Origin: Myxococcota bacterium
Lineage (GTDB): Bacteria > Myxococcota > JACRCW01
Assembly (NCBI GenBank): GCA_040752415.1
Contig: JBFMGU010000210.1
Span: 1 to 18,050, forward strand
Length of the DNA stretch: 18,050 nt
Direction: 5' to 3'
Made by a program: the position numbers and the translations under genes. A model generated the notes under the pieces. The model was not told where the DNA came from and did not search any database. It saw only the letters and a list, made by a program, of their open reading frames with translations. Shown piece after piece: positions 1-9,669 of this stretch; the first letter of the stretch is position 1, and each line of letters opens with the position of its first letter.

Positions 1-114
1 GCTCCGGCGGAGTGACGAGCCGGTCCGACGAGTCCGTGTGCCCCAAGGCAAGGCGGTACTTCATACCGCAGTCCGAAAGCCGGCCCGCTCAGCACGCTGA
101 CTCCGAGGCCGGCG

Positions 115-3100
115 TCACCGTGACGCGCCGAGCACCTGCAGGGACGCCCAGTGACGCGGATGCCGCAGCTCCTTGCTCGCGAGCATGGCCAGCTGTTCCT
201 TGCGCAGCTCTCCGCGCGCCTGCGCCTCCACGAGTCGGGTCGTCACCTGTGCATCCACCTCCCAGCGCGGCATCGCCACCGACTGCGCGCCGGCCACCAT
301 CAACGACCGCACCACCGCGGTGCTTCCGTCTCCCGGTCCATCCGCGCAGCGCGGCAGCGTGACCAGCTGCGTGCCGTTCAGCGCCAACGTGGCCAACATT
401 GTCGTCGTCAACGTGCCATCCAGCGCGGCGTTGCTCCACTTCGGCAGCGCGCTTCCCACCTCCCCCTTGCGCCACGCCACCTTCCCCAGGCCCAGCGCGT
501 CATCCTGCGGGTCGCCCACCGCGCATGACAGGTTTCCGCTCAGGTCCACGCGCGCGGGTGCATCAATCTGTTGCAGCGTGGCCGCGCTGCACGTTCCCCC
601 GTCGTCACAGCGCTGCCAGGCGCCGGCTTCCCAGCGCGCAACCCCGGTGCCCGCTGTGCTGGCCGCGCGCAAACGACGGAGATCCCGACCGCTCGTCACC
701 TCCACCACGTTCATGTCCTCGACGAGGTAGCGGCCCTTCTCCGTGCGGAGCGTGGCGAACGGAAGCGCGCGCAATCCACCGTCCGCGGACACGTAAAGCG
801 TCTTCACCCCCGTCAGCGACGTGCGGAAGGGCATCAGCAGCCGCGTCGACAGCTCCTTCCGCAGCGGCTCGATTTCGTCACCACGGGCCGTTGCTTCACG
901 CATCCGGGTGGCCTGCGCGTCCAGCGCATCCGCGTCTCCCAGCTCCGTCCACGTGGGTTCACCGGTTCGACGCAGCAGGTACGCCGCATATCGTCGCGCG
1001 CCATAGCGGTTGTCATCCACGTTGGGGTTCGGGTCCACCGGGCGGTACGCCACCAGCTCCAGGAGCGCGCCGTCGTCGGGGAGCGTGGCCTGGATGTCCT
1101 CCAGCGAGGCCGGCTCATACAGCGAGGTCAACTCCGCGCGCAGCGGAGCGGTCACCGCCGGAGCCGACTCCACGCGGTCCTCCAGCTCCGCCACCAGCTT
1201 GCGATGGTTCTCGCGTGAGCTCTCCCCGGGACCGAAGAGCAGCAGCGTGCCCAGGTGCGCCAGGTCCGCCATGAAGTCATCCACCATCTCGCGCGTCTCT
1301 TCCGTCGCCACGCGGCGGTGCAGCATCTCCAGCCTCCCAGACAGCACCTCCACCGGCAACGCCTTGCGACGCAGTACCGTCGTCGCCGCCAGCCGTGCGG
1401 CACCGGGAACCTGGGTGGCGTGCCGTTGGTGCAGCGTGAGGATGAGGTGGCTCTCCGAGGCCATGTTGGCGAGGTACAGCCGCTTGAGCCGGTGGGACGC
1501 CGCGGTGACGACGTGACGAACGTTCCGATCCCGCACCTCGCTGCTCCAGCGCAGCAACTCCTCGGCGCGCGGGAGGTCCCCCTGGAACAACTTCAGCTCG
1601 GCGAGGTCCCGCAACACCGAGCCCACGAGGTGATGGTCCGGTCCGTTGACGTTCTGCCGGATGGTGAGCGCTCGTCGGAGCTCGGCTTCCGCCTCCTCCA
1701 TCCGACCCTGTCGCGCCATGGCATCCCCAAGCAGCGCGTGACCATGCGCCGCGGGATTGCTTTCCGTACCGTGCACCTTCTCCGCCGCCTCCAATCCCCG
1801 ACGGTGCAGCGCCTCGCCTTCCTTCAGTTCCCCGCGTGCCACCGCGAGCTCGCCCAGGCAGTGGAGCGCGTCGGGGAGTTGCCGGCTGCGCGCTTCCTTC
1901 TCGGCCAACGTGAGCGCACGCGTGCACAGCTGGGTGGCCGGTGCGTTCTCCCTGTCCTCGTCGTACGTCCAGGCCACGCGCAGCACCCACGAGGCCATGC
2001 CGGGGCTGTCCGGCCCGTAGCTCTTCTCCGCGATCTTCCGCGCGCGCTCCAAGTGCGCCCGCGCCGCCTTGTCGTCGCCACGCTCACGCTCGAGCCAGGC
2101 GAGCAGGCTCAACGTGCCCATGAGGCGGGGGTGGTCGGCGCCGTAGGTGGTCTCCTCGAGCTTCAAGGCCCGCGTGAAGGACTCCTGGGCCTGCGCGTAG
2201 TTGCCACGCCACGTCTGCACCTGGCCAAGGCCACACAGCGGGATGGCCAGGTCCGCGTTGCTCTCACCCACGGATTGGCGCAGTGAGTCCAGCGCCTTCT
2301 CGTCGAGCCGCTGCGCGCGTCCGTAGTCGCCCATCTGCATCTGCGCTTCCGCCTTGGCGGTCCACGCGCGCGCCACCTTCTCGTGCGTCTCGCCAAAGGC
2401 CTCCTGGCGGATCTGCAAAGCGCGCTCGAAGTAGGCGCCCGCCTGCAGGTTCTCGTCGCGACCCAGCGCCAGGAAGCCCAGGTCCAGCAGCGTGTCGGCG
2501 ACGCTGGGGTGGTTGTCGCCCTGCAGCTTCTGTCGCAGGCCCAGCGCGCGGTGCAGCCTCTGCTCGGCGGCGGCGGGGTCCTGCTCACGACGGTCCACGT
2601 CCGCCAGCAGCTCCAGGAGGTCCGCCACCGGCAGCGTCTCCGCGCCCTCCAGCTCCTCGAACAGCTTCAGCGACTCGTCGAGGGCCTTGCGCGCGCGGAG
2701 CCAGTCATGCCGCTGCAGGTAGTGCACGCCCAGGTTGCGCTGGATGTGCGCCACCGCCAGCGAGCGCGGCCCGTGACGTCGGGAAAAAGCCTCCAGCACC
2801 TCGCGGTGCAGCTTCTCCGCGCTGGCGTACTCGCCCTTGGCGTCCAGCGCCCGGGCCAGGTTCATCATGGAGCCGGACACCGCGCCGCTGGTGGCGCCAA
2901 AGAGCCGCTTGCGCAGCCACAACGCCCGCTCGAAGTGCTCGACGGCGCACGCGTACTGGCCGCGCGCCAGGCACACCTCGGCCACCTCGTCGTGGGTGTC
3001 GCCCAGGGCGGGATGGTCGGGTCCCAGCTCCTTGCGTTGGATGGTGAGTGCCCGACGCAGCATCTCGTCGGCGTCCTTCAGCCGGCCGGCCTGCCGCGCC

Positions 3101-3759
3101 AGACGACCCAGCGGCACCAGCGTGTACGAGACGCGCGCGTGATGGGGACCCAGCACGCCTTCACGGATGGCCAGCGCACGTGCATATGCCTTCTCCGCGG
3201 CGGAGCTGTCATCCTTGGCGGTGTAGAGCCTGCCCAGGGCCTGCAGCACATCCGCGGTCTCCGCGGCGTCGGGGCCCACGGATTTCTCGCGCAGCTCGAG
3301 CGCGTGCGTCAGCGCGGTCTCGGAGCACGCCATCCGACGGAGATCCAGGCACACCGCGCCCAGGAACAGGTAGCTGACGGCCTGGCCTTCCACCTCGTCG
3401 GTCCTGTCCAGGATGCGCACCACGCGCTTGAGCACATCATGCGCCTGCTCGAGCCGATTGGTCTGCGCGTAGAGCAGCGCGAGCTTCATGAGTGGCCGGG
3501 CGGTCCGCGGGTGCTCCGGGCCCCAGGCCACTTCCGCCGCCTCCACGCTCAGCTCCAGGCTCTCCACCGCGTCGTCGAGCTCTCCCTCCTCCCGCTCATC
3601 CTCGGCGGCGGACTCCATGGCCCTGGAGACGAATCCCGCCACCGGACGCTCCACGAAGCCCGGCACCGGTGGACGCGGCAGCGCGGCGCAGGAAACGAGA
3701 ACGCTGCACGTGGCAACGGTGATGACGACGGAGAAGCGGGAAGGGCGCGGGGAGTGCAA
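115..3759 (-). CDS. Tetratricopeptide-repeat (42-aa, kinesin-light-chain type) protein with C-terminal degenerate CHAT domain; probable lipoprotein
   Basis: Many ~42-aa repeats of the type 'ALxIRExxLGPxHPxxAxxLxxLG'. CHAT motifs LYVSADGGLRALPFATL, GRYLVE..VTSGRDL, LNGTQLVTLPRC, SLMVAGAQSV..RWEVD and RHPRHWASL. The start is placed at TTG 3759 (GAGG upstream), giving MHSPRPSRFSVVITVATCSVLVSC with a lipobox-like LVS-C. The ORF is open to 3807, so the start is uncertain. Confidence 0.88.
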   Translation of the reverse strand: MHSPRPSRFSVVITVATCSVLVSCAALPRPPVPGFVERPVAGFVSRAMESAAEDEREEGELDDAVESLELSVEAAEVAWGPEHPRTARPLMKLALLYAQTNRLEQAHDVLKRVVRILDRTDEVEGQAVSYLFLGAVCLDLRRMACSETALTHALELREKSVGPDAAETADVLQALGRLYTAKDDSSAAEKAYARALAIREGVLGPHHARVSYTLVPLGRLARQAGRLKDADEMLRRALTIQRKELGPDHPALGDTHDEVAEVCLARGQYACAVEHFERALWLRKRLFGATSGAVSGSMMNLARALDAKGEYASAEKLHREVLEAFSRRHGPRSLAVAHIQRNLGVHYLQRHDWLRARKALDESLKLFEELEGAETLPVADLLELLADVDRREQDPAAAEQRLHRALGLRQKLQGDNHPSVADTLLDLGFLALGRDENLQAGAYFERALQIRQEAFGETHEKVARAWTAKAEAQMQMGDYGRAQRLDEKALDSLRQSVGESNADLAIPLCGLGQVQTWRGNYAQAQESFTRALKLEETTYGADHPRLMGTLSLLAWLERERGDDKAARAHLERARKIAEKSYGPDSPGMASWVLRVAWTYDEDRENAPATQLCTRALTLAEKEARSRQLPDALHCLGELAVARGELKEGEALHRRGLEAAEKVHGTESNPAAHGHALLGDAMARQGRMEEAEAELRRALTIRQNVNGPDHHLVGSVLRDLAELKLFQGDLPRAEELLRWSSEVRDRNVRHVVTAASHRLKRLYLANMASESHLILTLHQRHATQVPGAARLAATTVLRRKALPVEVLSGRLEMLHRRVATEETREMVDDFMADLAHLGTLLLFGPGESSRENHRKLVAELEDRVESAPAVTAPLRAELTSLYEPASLEDIQATLPDDGALLELVAYRPVDPNPNVDDNRYGARRYAAYLLRRTGEPTWTELGDADALDAQATRMREATARGDEIEPLRKELSTRLLMPFRTSLTGVKTLYVSADGGLRALPFATLRTEKGRYLVEDMNVVEVTSGRDLRRLRAASTAGTGVARWEAGAWQRCDDGGTCSAATLQQIDAPARVDLSGNLSCAVGDPQDDALGLGKVAWRKGEVGSALPKWSNAALDGTLTTTMLATLALNGTQLVTLPRCADGPGDGSTAVVRSLMVAGAQSVAMPRWEVDAQVTTRLVEAQARGELRKEQLAMLASKELRHPRHWASLQVLGASR

Positions 3760-3839
3760 AGGCCACCTCGGAACGACGAGGATGGCAAGCGGGCCCCAGC
3801 GCCACAACCGCGCCGCGGTCCCACATCGACGTACGCGGC

Positions 3840-4868
3840 TCAGGCCAGCACGCGACGGAGCGCCTCGGCAAACCGGTTGACGTCGTCCTCGGTGGTGTCG
3901 AACGACGTCATCCAGCGCACCTCGTGGGTCCGCTCATTCCACACGTAGAAGAAGCAGGCGTCCTGCAGCTTGGGAATCGCCTGGGCGGGCAGGATGGCGA
4001 ACACCGCGTTGGCCTGCACCGGACGGGTGATGCGCACCCCGGGCACGTCGCGCACCTGCTTCTCCAGCAAGCGCGCCATGGCGTTGGCATGACGGGCGTT
4101 GCGCAGCCACAGGTCTCCGCCCAGCAGCGCCTCGAACTGCGCAGCCACGAAGCGCATCTTGGAGCAGAGCTGCATGGCCTGCTTGCGCACGTATTTGAAG
4201 TCGGTGGCCAGCTCGGGACGGAGCAGCACCACCGCCTCACCCGCCAGCAGCCCGATCTTGGTGCCACCCAGGCTGAGCACATCCACGCCGGCGTCGACGG
4301 TGGTCTCCCGCAGGCCGCACGAGAGGCTGGCCGCCGCGTTGGAGATGCGTGCGCCGTCCATGTGCAGGAACATGCCGTGGGCGTGCGCGGCGTCGGCCAG
4401 CGCGCGGATCTCCGACGGCGTGTAGACGGTGCCCAGCTCGGTGCTCTGGGAGATGGAGACCACGCGGGGCTGCACGTGGTGCTGGTCGCCCACGCCGCGC
4501 ACCTGGCTCAACACGTCCGCCACGGTGAGCTTTCCGTCGACGGTGGCGACGGGCAGCAGCTTGCAGCCGGTGAAGCGCTCGGGTGCGCCGCACTCGTCCA
4601 CCTGGATGTGTGCCCCGTCGGCGCAGATGATGGCGTGGTGTGGTTGGGTGAGCGCCTGCAGGCCCAGCACGTTGGCGGCGGTGCCGTTGAAGACGAAGAA
4701 GACCTCCGCCTTCTCGCCCAGGTGACGACGGATGGTGCGCACCGCCTGCTCGGTGAGCGGGTCGTCGCCGTAGGCGCGGGCGTGGCCGGTGTTGGCGCGC
4801 GTGATCGCGTCCAGGATCTCGGGGTGGACGCCGGCATTGTTGTCGGAGGCAAAGGTGCGGGAGGTCAT
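3840..4868 (-). CDS. ltaE: Low-specificity L-threonine aldolase (PLP-dependent, beta-eliminating lyase family)
   Basis: Motifs FASDN, AYGDD, FVFNGTAANVL, HIQVDECGAPE, QSTELGTVY, LHMDGARISNA and SLGGTK (PLP lysine). ATG at 4868 lies 2 nt after the GNAT stop. Confidence 0.93.
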   Translation of the reverse strand: MTSRTFASDNNAGVHPEILDAITRANTGHARAYGDDPLTEQAVRTIRRHLGEKAEVFFVFNGTAANVLGLQALTQPHHAIICADGAHIQVDECGAPERFTGCKLLPVATVDGKLTVADVLSQVRGVGDQHHVQPRVVSISQSTELGTVYTPSEIRALADAAHAHGMFLHMDGARISNAAASLSCGLRETTVDAGVDVLSLGGTKIGLLAGEAVVLLRPELATDFKYVRKQAMQLCSKMRFVAAQFEALLGGDLWLRNARHANAMARLLEKQVRDVPGVRITRPVQANAVFAILPAQAIPKLQDACFFYVWNERTHEVRWMTSFDTTEDDVNRFAEALRRVLA

Positions 4869-4870
4869 GC

Positions 4871-5425
4871 TCAGGCCTTCTTCCATTCGTCGCGCAGCCA
4901 GCTCATCACCAGCTGGTCCACGTATTTCCCCTCGAGAATCGAGGCTTGACGCAGCACGCCTTCCCGCACCGCGCCCGCGGCCTCGTAGCAGCGGATGCCG
5001 CGGGTGTTGTGGGTGTGGACCTTCAGCATGACGCGGTTGAGGTTCAGCTCCTCGAACGCGTAACGCACCGTCCGACGCGCCACCTCACGCCCGTAACCCT
5101 TCCCCCATTCCCTGCTGTCGGCGATGAGGATGCCCCACTCCGCCTCCCGCACGAGCCAGTTGATGCCGTGCAGGCCGGTGCTCCCCAGCGGCGTGGTCTC
5201 ACCCTTGCGACCGAACAGCATCACCACGTCGGTGGGCGGGTTGCCGGCGCGGGTCACGGCGCGCAGCCACTCGCGCTCGGTCTCCAGGGACATGGGGAAG
5301 TTCCGACGAGGGTCCAGGTAGACGCGCAGGTTGGGGTCGTTGATCCAGCGCGCCAGCGTGGGCGCGTCGTCCTGCTCCGGTGCGCGGAACCAGAGGTGCT
5401 CACTCTCCATGAAGAAGCTGCTCAC
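4871..5425 (-). CDS. RimJ/RimL-family GNAT N-acetyltransferase
   Basis: AEWGILIADSREWGKGYG (acetyl-CoA motif), YAFEELNLNRVMLKVHTHNTRGIRCYEAAG and EGVLRQ. GTG start at 5425 has GGAGG 5 nt upstream. Alternative starts are 5440 and 5410. Confidence 0.9.
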   Translation of the reverse strand: MSSFFMESEHLWFRAPEQDDAPTLARWINDPNLRVYLDPRRNFPMSLETEREWLRAVTRAGNPPTDVVMLFGRKGETTPLGSTGLHGINWLVREAEWGILIADSREWGKGYGREVARRTVRYAFEELNLNRVMLKVHTHNTRGIRCYEAAGAVREGVLRQASILEGKYVDQLVMSWLRDEWKKA

Positions 5426-5554
5426 GACGTCCTCCGGCACGGCACGCTACCACGCTGGGGAGCCGCGAGGCGGATGGGGGCGTGGGCGGGAACCAGCGGC
5501 AAGGAGGAGCGGACCGGTTTACATCCCCCCTGTCGACGTGGGAGCACCCCGGGC

Positions 5555-6418
5555 ATGACGCGCAAGCGCAACCACCGTCCCCCCGGCCCTGACCGTCCGC
5601 CCGCCCCGGACCGCCCCAAGTCCGCGCCCCCGTCCGCCCCGGATGACGACGACAAAGGCTTGGGCGAGGAGGAGCGTGAGCCCACCGTCCCGGAGATGGC
5701 GCAGCTGGCGCTGGACCGACTGGCCAAGGTCATGGACCCGGAAGCGTTCCTGGCGTTGCAGGACACCATCCCGCAGCACGACCCGCGCTGGCTCAACCTC
5801 TTCGCCCACGCTTTCGACGAGCAGGGCGAGCTCAGCCCGCTGCTCGCGGTGAAGCCCGTCTCGCTGCGCCCGGTGGTCTTCGAGATCGACGGGCAACGCG
5901 GTGGCGCCGGCTGGCTCGTGGACACGCTGGTGGCGGCGTTCGCGGAGTTCCCGGAGCACGTGGGGCGCTGGCAGGCCGCCATCAGCTACCGCGTCATCCA
6001 CGCGCTGGGGGAGACGCGTTGCGTGGTGCTGGGGCGCGGCGGCATGGGTGACGTCGTGGGCGCGGTGGAGACGGCGCTGACCACGCGGGCTTCGCAGGTT
6101 CCCCTCTCGCTCTCGCCGCAGCCCATCCCGTTGGACGCCGCGCGCCTGGAGGCGGAGGTGGAGAACGCGTTTCCGCTGGCGCTGGCGCGCAGTCGACTGG
6201 GGAGCACGTTGCAGCGCGCCTTCCCCAACGAGGATGACGACGAGCTGGACACGCTGATCACCGAGGCCACCGGTGCCCTGGAGGTGCGCGCGGGGCCGCC
6301 GCCGGAGTTCAACGTGGAGGTGCGCGCGGGGGACCGGCCGTGGCTCCCGCTGCAGAACGTGGCCGACGCGCTCAAGCGCAAGCTGGGCGGCGGACTGCGC
6401 GTGTTGCGGACGTTGTGA
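5555..6418 (+). CDS. Hypothetical protein (287 aa; Pro-rich/acidic N-terminus followed by a globular region)
   Basis: ATG at 5555 with GGAG upstream. Strong GC3 codon bias and normal protein composition, filling the gap between GNAT and POT. No family recognised. Confidence 0.75.
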   Translation: MTRKRNHRPPGPDRPPAPDRPKSAPPSAPDDDDKGLGEEEREPTVPEMAQLALDRLAKVMDPEAFLALQDTIPQHDPRWLNLFAHAFDEQGELSPLLAVKPVSLRPVVFEIDGQRGGAGWLVDTLVAAFAEFPEHVGRWQAAISYRVIHALGETRCVVLGRGGMGDVVGAVETALTTRASQVPLSLSPQPIPLDAARLEAEVENAFPLALARSRLGSTLQRAFPNEDDDELDTLITEATGALEVRAGPPPEFNVEVRAGDRPWLPLQNVADALKRKLGGGLRVLRTL

Positions 6419-6419
6419 G

Positions 6420-8000
6420 CTACTTGCTCGTCGTGGCGCGGTAGTAGTCCACCACGCGGTAGCGTCGGGCGTAGACGCCGAACGCCGCGGCCGCCACGAA
6501 CGCGAACCCGGCGAAGAAGAACATCTGGAACGCGGTGACGCCCAGGCCGGTCTGCTTGATGGCGGCGGTGGCGCCCTCTCCACGCACCGTGGCGTTGACC
6601 AAGAGCACCCAGAGGTTTCCCACCGTCACCGCCAGGCTCCAGAAGCTCATCAGCACGCTCTTCATCTTCGCCGGCGCCTGGCTGTAGGCGAACTCCAGGC
6701 CCGTGGCGGAGACCAGCACCTCGCCGAACGTGAGGACGAGGTACGGCAGCACCTGCCAGAGGATGGACAGCTTGTCTCCGCCGTCCATGCTCAGCTGCAT
6801 GCTCCCCACGACGATCCACGAGATGCCCGCGCAGGCCATGCCAAAGGTCATGCGTCGCAGCGGCGTCGGCTCCACGCCCACCTTCCGCAACAGCGGGTAG
6901 AGCAGCAGGTTGTTGAACGGGATGAGCAGCATGACCAGCAGCGGATTGAGCGCCTGCATCTGCGAGGGGCTCTGCAGCCACTCCCAGCCCGGCAGCGCCA
7001 TCTCCTTGGCCTGCAGCACCCAGGTGGAAGCCTTCTGATCGAACAGCGACCAGAACGGCGTCACCAGCGCAAACACCACCAGCACGCGCAGCACGGCGCG
7101 CACACCATCCACGTCCTCGTCGGGGTGCTTGCCGCGCGCGCGCTCCAGTTGCACGCCCAGCCCCACGCAGAAAGGCACCATGAACACCACCAGGCCCAGG
7201 CACAGGCCCGCCACTACGCCCAGCGCGGGAATCAGCGCCAACGACGCCAACGCGAGGACGAGGCCCATGAGGGTGAGGATGAGGCCGGGCCGTTTCCCGT
7301 CGGAACCGAGGCTCAAGAGCGCGGTGCGCGCAATGCGCAGGAAGGAGTTGGGATCCGCCGGCGAAGGCGGAACGACCACGTACTTGTGACGCCCCGCCCA
7401 GAACACCAGCGTGGCAATCCCCATCAGGATGCCGGGGATGCCAAAGGCCCACGCCGGTCCCCAGCTCTTGAGCACCAGCGGAATGAGCAGCGACGCGAAG
7501 AAGGAGCCGAAGTTGATGATCCAGTAGAACGCGTCGAACACCACACGCGCCAGGTGCTTGTTGGACTGGTCGAACTGGTCGCCCACGAACGACGACACAC
7601 ACGGCTTGATGCCGCCCGAGCCCAGCGCGATGAGGAAGAGCCCCAGGTAGAAGCCTTCCTTGTTGCTCTCGAACAGCGCCAGGCACGCGTGGCCCACGCA
7701 GTACAGCAGGCTGATCCAGAAGATGGTCCGGTACTTTCCCCACAGCTTGTCGGAGATCCATCCGCCCAGCAGCGGGAAGAAGTACACGCCCATCACAAAG
7801 ACGTGGAAGACGTCCTTGGCGGCGGCCTGGCGCTGGGGCTCGTCGGCAATGTCGGCCAGCAGGTACCCCGTGAGGAACACGGTCAGCACGTTCCGCATGC
7901 CGTAGAAGCTGAAGCGCTCACACGCCTCGTTGCCGATGATGAACGGGATCTGCGGCGGAAGCTTCGGACGGGACGTCAGGGGTGAGGTCGACAGGCTCAT
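6420..8000 (-). CDS. POT/PTR2-family proton-dependent oligopeptide transporter (MFS)
   Basis: ExxERFxFYG motif (NEACERFSFYGMR), GSGGIKPCVSSFVGDQF, FYWIINFGS, FDQKASTW, QALNPLLV and GLEFAYSQAP, with many hydrophobic helices. ATG at 8000 chosen. Confidence 0.95.
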   Translation of the reverse strand: MSLSTSPLTSRPKLPPQIPFIIGNEACERFSFYGMRNVLTVFLTGYLLADIADEPQRQAAAKDVFHVFVMGVYFFPLLGGWISDKLWGKYRTIFWISLLYCVGHACLALFESNKEGFYLGLFLIALGSGGIKPCVSSFVGDQFDQSNKHLARVVFDAFYWIINFGSFFASLLIPLVLKSWGPAWAFGIPGILMGIATLVFWAGRHKYVVVPPSPADPNSFLRIARTALLSLGSDGKRPGLILTLMGLVLALASLALIPALGVVAGLCLGLVVFMVPFCVGLGVQLERARGKHPDEDVDGVRAVLRVLVVFALVTPFWSLFDQKASTWVLQAKEMALPGWEWLQSPSQMQALNPLLVMLLIPFNNLLLYPLLRKVGVEPTPLRRMTFGMACAGISWIVVGSMQLSMDGGDKLSILWQVLPYLVLTFGEVLVSATGLEFAYSQAPAKMKSVLMSFWSLAVTVGNLWVLLVNATVRGEGATAAIKQTGLGVTAFQMFFFAGFAFVAAAAFGVYARRYRVVDYYRATTSK

Positions 8001-8093
8001 GGCGTCGCACCATGTCACAGCGGCCCGCGCCCGCGGAAGCCGGGAAGAATGCCCACGCCGACGTTGTCCGGGCCCGTGGTTCCGTCGTGGGCG

Positions 8094-8639
8094 CTACGGT
8101 GACGTCGTCTGCGCCGCGGCCTGCCGCTTGGCGCATTCCTCCGCCGCCGTGCGCGTCAGCTGGCCCTCGCTCACGGTCAGCACGTTCCCGTCGTCCATCA
8201 CCAGCCGACGCGTCACCGTGAGCTGGTTCCCGCTCAGCGCCGTCTCGTGCTCCAGGCGGGTCCCGTCGACGCGCACCACCCTGACGTTGACCACCGTCCA
8301 CTTCCCCGGCGCGCCCAGGGCCTGGCCCTCGCCCTTGCCCTCGCCCGTGGCCGTGACGCTCTCGCCGTTGACCTTCATCTCCAGCACGCTCTGCTCCGGG
8401 GTGCCGCCGGGGAGCTGGGTGGTGACGACGTCACGGATGCGCGTGTCATCCGCCGTGCGCACCAGCGCCACCTGGGCCTCACCCACCGGGGTCCCGTCGG
8501 GCAGGGTGCTCACCAGGGTCCCGGTGAAGCACTGCTCCGGCGACCCGGCCGGCGCGGCGTCCTTCTTCTGCGCGCCCTGCGAGGAGCCACATCCGCCCAG
8601 CCCCACCGTCGTCATCACCAGCCATGCGCGCAGCCGCAT
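8094..8639 (-). CDS. Hypothetical lipoprotein (beta-strand rich)
   Basis: Signal MRLRAWLVMTTVGLGG-C (lipobox) and GGAGG RBS upstream. Alternating beta-strand pattern, with two further Cys that could form a disulfide. Confidence 0.8.
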   Translation of the reverse strand: MRLRAWLVMTTVGLGGCGSSQGAQKKDAAPAGSPEQCFTGTLVSTLPDGTPVGEAQVALVRTADDTRIRDVVTTQLPGGTPEQSVLEMKVNGESVTATGEGKGEGQALGAPGKWTVVNVRVVRVDGTRLEHETALSGNQLTVTRRLVMDDGNVLTVSEGQLTRTAAEECAKRQAAAQTTSP

Positions 8640-8662
8640 CCCGCCTCCACGGAAGAGCCCGC

Positions 8663-8691
8663 CACGCTAGCCCCGCGGTCCTCCCACACCA
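8663..8691 (-). promoter_or_regulatory. Possible sigma70-type promoter for the lipoprotein gene
   Basis: The minus strand reads TTGGTG-N17-TAGCGT upstream of the RBS of the 8639 start. Weak consensus match. Confidence 0.3.
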
Positions 8692-8701
8692 AGCGGACCC
8701 T

Positions 8702-9037
8702 TCACGCCACGCCCAGGCGGCTGCGCACGTGCGCCACGATGATGCGCGCGTCGCCCAGCGGGTCGGTGGAGAAGGGCAGCACGTCGCGGTCGCGCACGCT
8801 GGTGGTGAGACGCACCGCGGCGGCCCGCACCTCGTCGGGGAAGTCGGGGTGGCGTTGCAGCGCGGTGAGGTGGGCCATGGCGTCGGTGCCAAAGCCCGGC
8901 AGCGGGTGCGTGGACATCAGCCAGGCCACGGCCTGCCCCGCCGCCCGACGAGCACACACCCGCGCCTTGCCCTCATTGCCTTCCGTCAACGCGGTCACCG
9001 CGGCCTCCAGCTCACGCTCAATGCGCTCCAGGTGCAC
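8702..9037 (-). CDS. Small conserved hypothetical helical protein (GNEGxARVCARRAAG motif)
   Basis: AAGGAGG RBS 5 nt before GTG 9037, good codon bias and an all-helical pattern. Confidence 0.8.
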   Translation of the reverse strand: MHLERIERELEAAVTALTEGNEGKARVCARRAAGQAVAWLMSTHPLPGFGTDAMAHLTALQRHPDFPDEVRAAAVRLTTSVRDRDVLPFSTDPLGDARIIVAHVRSRLGVA

Positions 9038-9175
9038 GGCAGCCTCCTTGCCCTCGTCATGTCAGCCATCCCTCATGCGGCGCAACCCGCCGGTGCGCGT
9101 TAGCTCCTGCGTGCGTCGCGCGTTCCGGCCCACGTGCGCCGGCGGTTGTCCCCGGGGCCACCTGAGGAGGCTGAC

Positions 9176-9661
9176 ATGTTGGCGCGTGAGCTCATGACCG
9201 AGCACCCGGTGTGCTGTACTCCGGACACGCTGCTGCAGGACGCCGCGAGCATGATGCTGGACGCGGACTGCGGCTGCCTGCCGGTGATCGAGCCTGCGGG
9301 TGGCGTGCCCCGCCTGGTGGGCGTGGTGACCGACCGGGACATTGCCGTGCGCGGTGTGGCCGCCGGGAAGGGACCGGAGGGACGCGTACGCGACGTGATG
9401 ACCTGGGACGTGTGCGTCTGCACCCCCGACACCGACGTGGAACAGGTGGAGGAGCTGATGGCGCAACACCAGGTGCGTCGGATCCCGGTGGTGGATGAGG
9501 TGGGAGCGTGCATCGGCGTCATTGCGCAGGCGGATCTGGCCATCAACGGCGCCGCCGCCAGCGAGGACGAGGTGGGCCGGTTGGTGGAGCAGATCTCCGA
9601 GCCGCACCATCCGCTCCCGCAGGACCTCAACGAGCGCGGGGAGACCATCCTCTGGCGTTGA
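9176..9661 (+). CDS. CBS-domain (Bateman module) protein, Hrp1/YhcV-like
   Basis: ARELMT..., DCGCLPVI, LVGVVTDRDIAVR, VRDVMT, QVRRIPVVD and GVIAQADLA. GAGGAGG RBS before ATG 9176. Confidence 0.93.
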   Translation: MLARELMTEHPVCCTPDTLLQDAASMMLDADCGCLPVIEPAGGVPRLVGVVTDRDIAVRGVAAGKGPEGRVRDVMTWDVCVCTPDTDVEQVEELMAQHQVRRIPVVDEVGACIGVIAQADLAINGAAASEDEVGRLVEQISEPHHPLPQDLNERGETILWR

Positions 9662-9669
9662 GCAGGCCC

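Noticed and set aside
1..69. Possible minus-strand gene start at 64 (MKYRLALGHTDSSDRLVTPPE...) and hairpin GCGGTA-cttca-TACCGC at 53-69
   Set aside because: Only 21 codons are visible with a weak RBS, so a gene start cannot be distinguished from a terminator-like hairpin.
9060..9170. Sigma54 promoter for the CBS gene
   Set aside because: The best plus-strand candidates have GG-N9-GC spacing, not the required N10.
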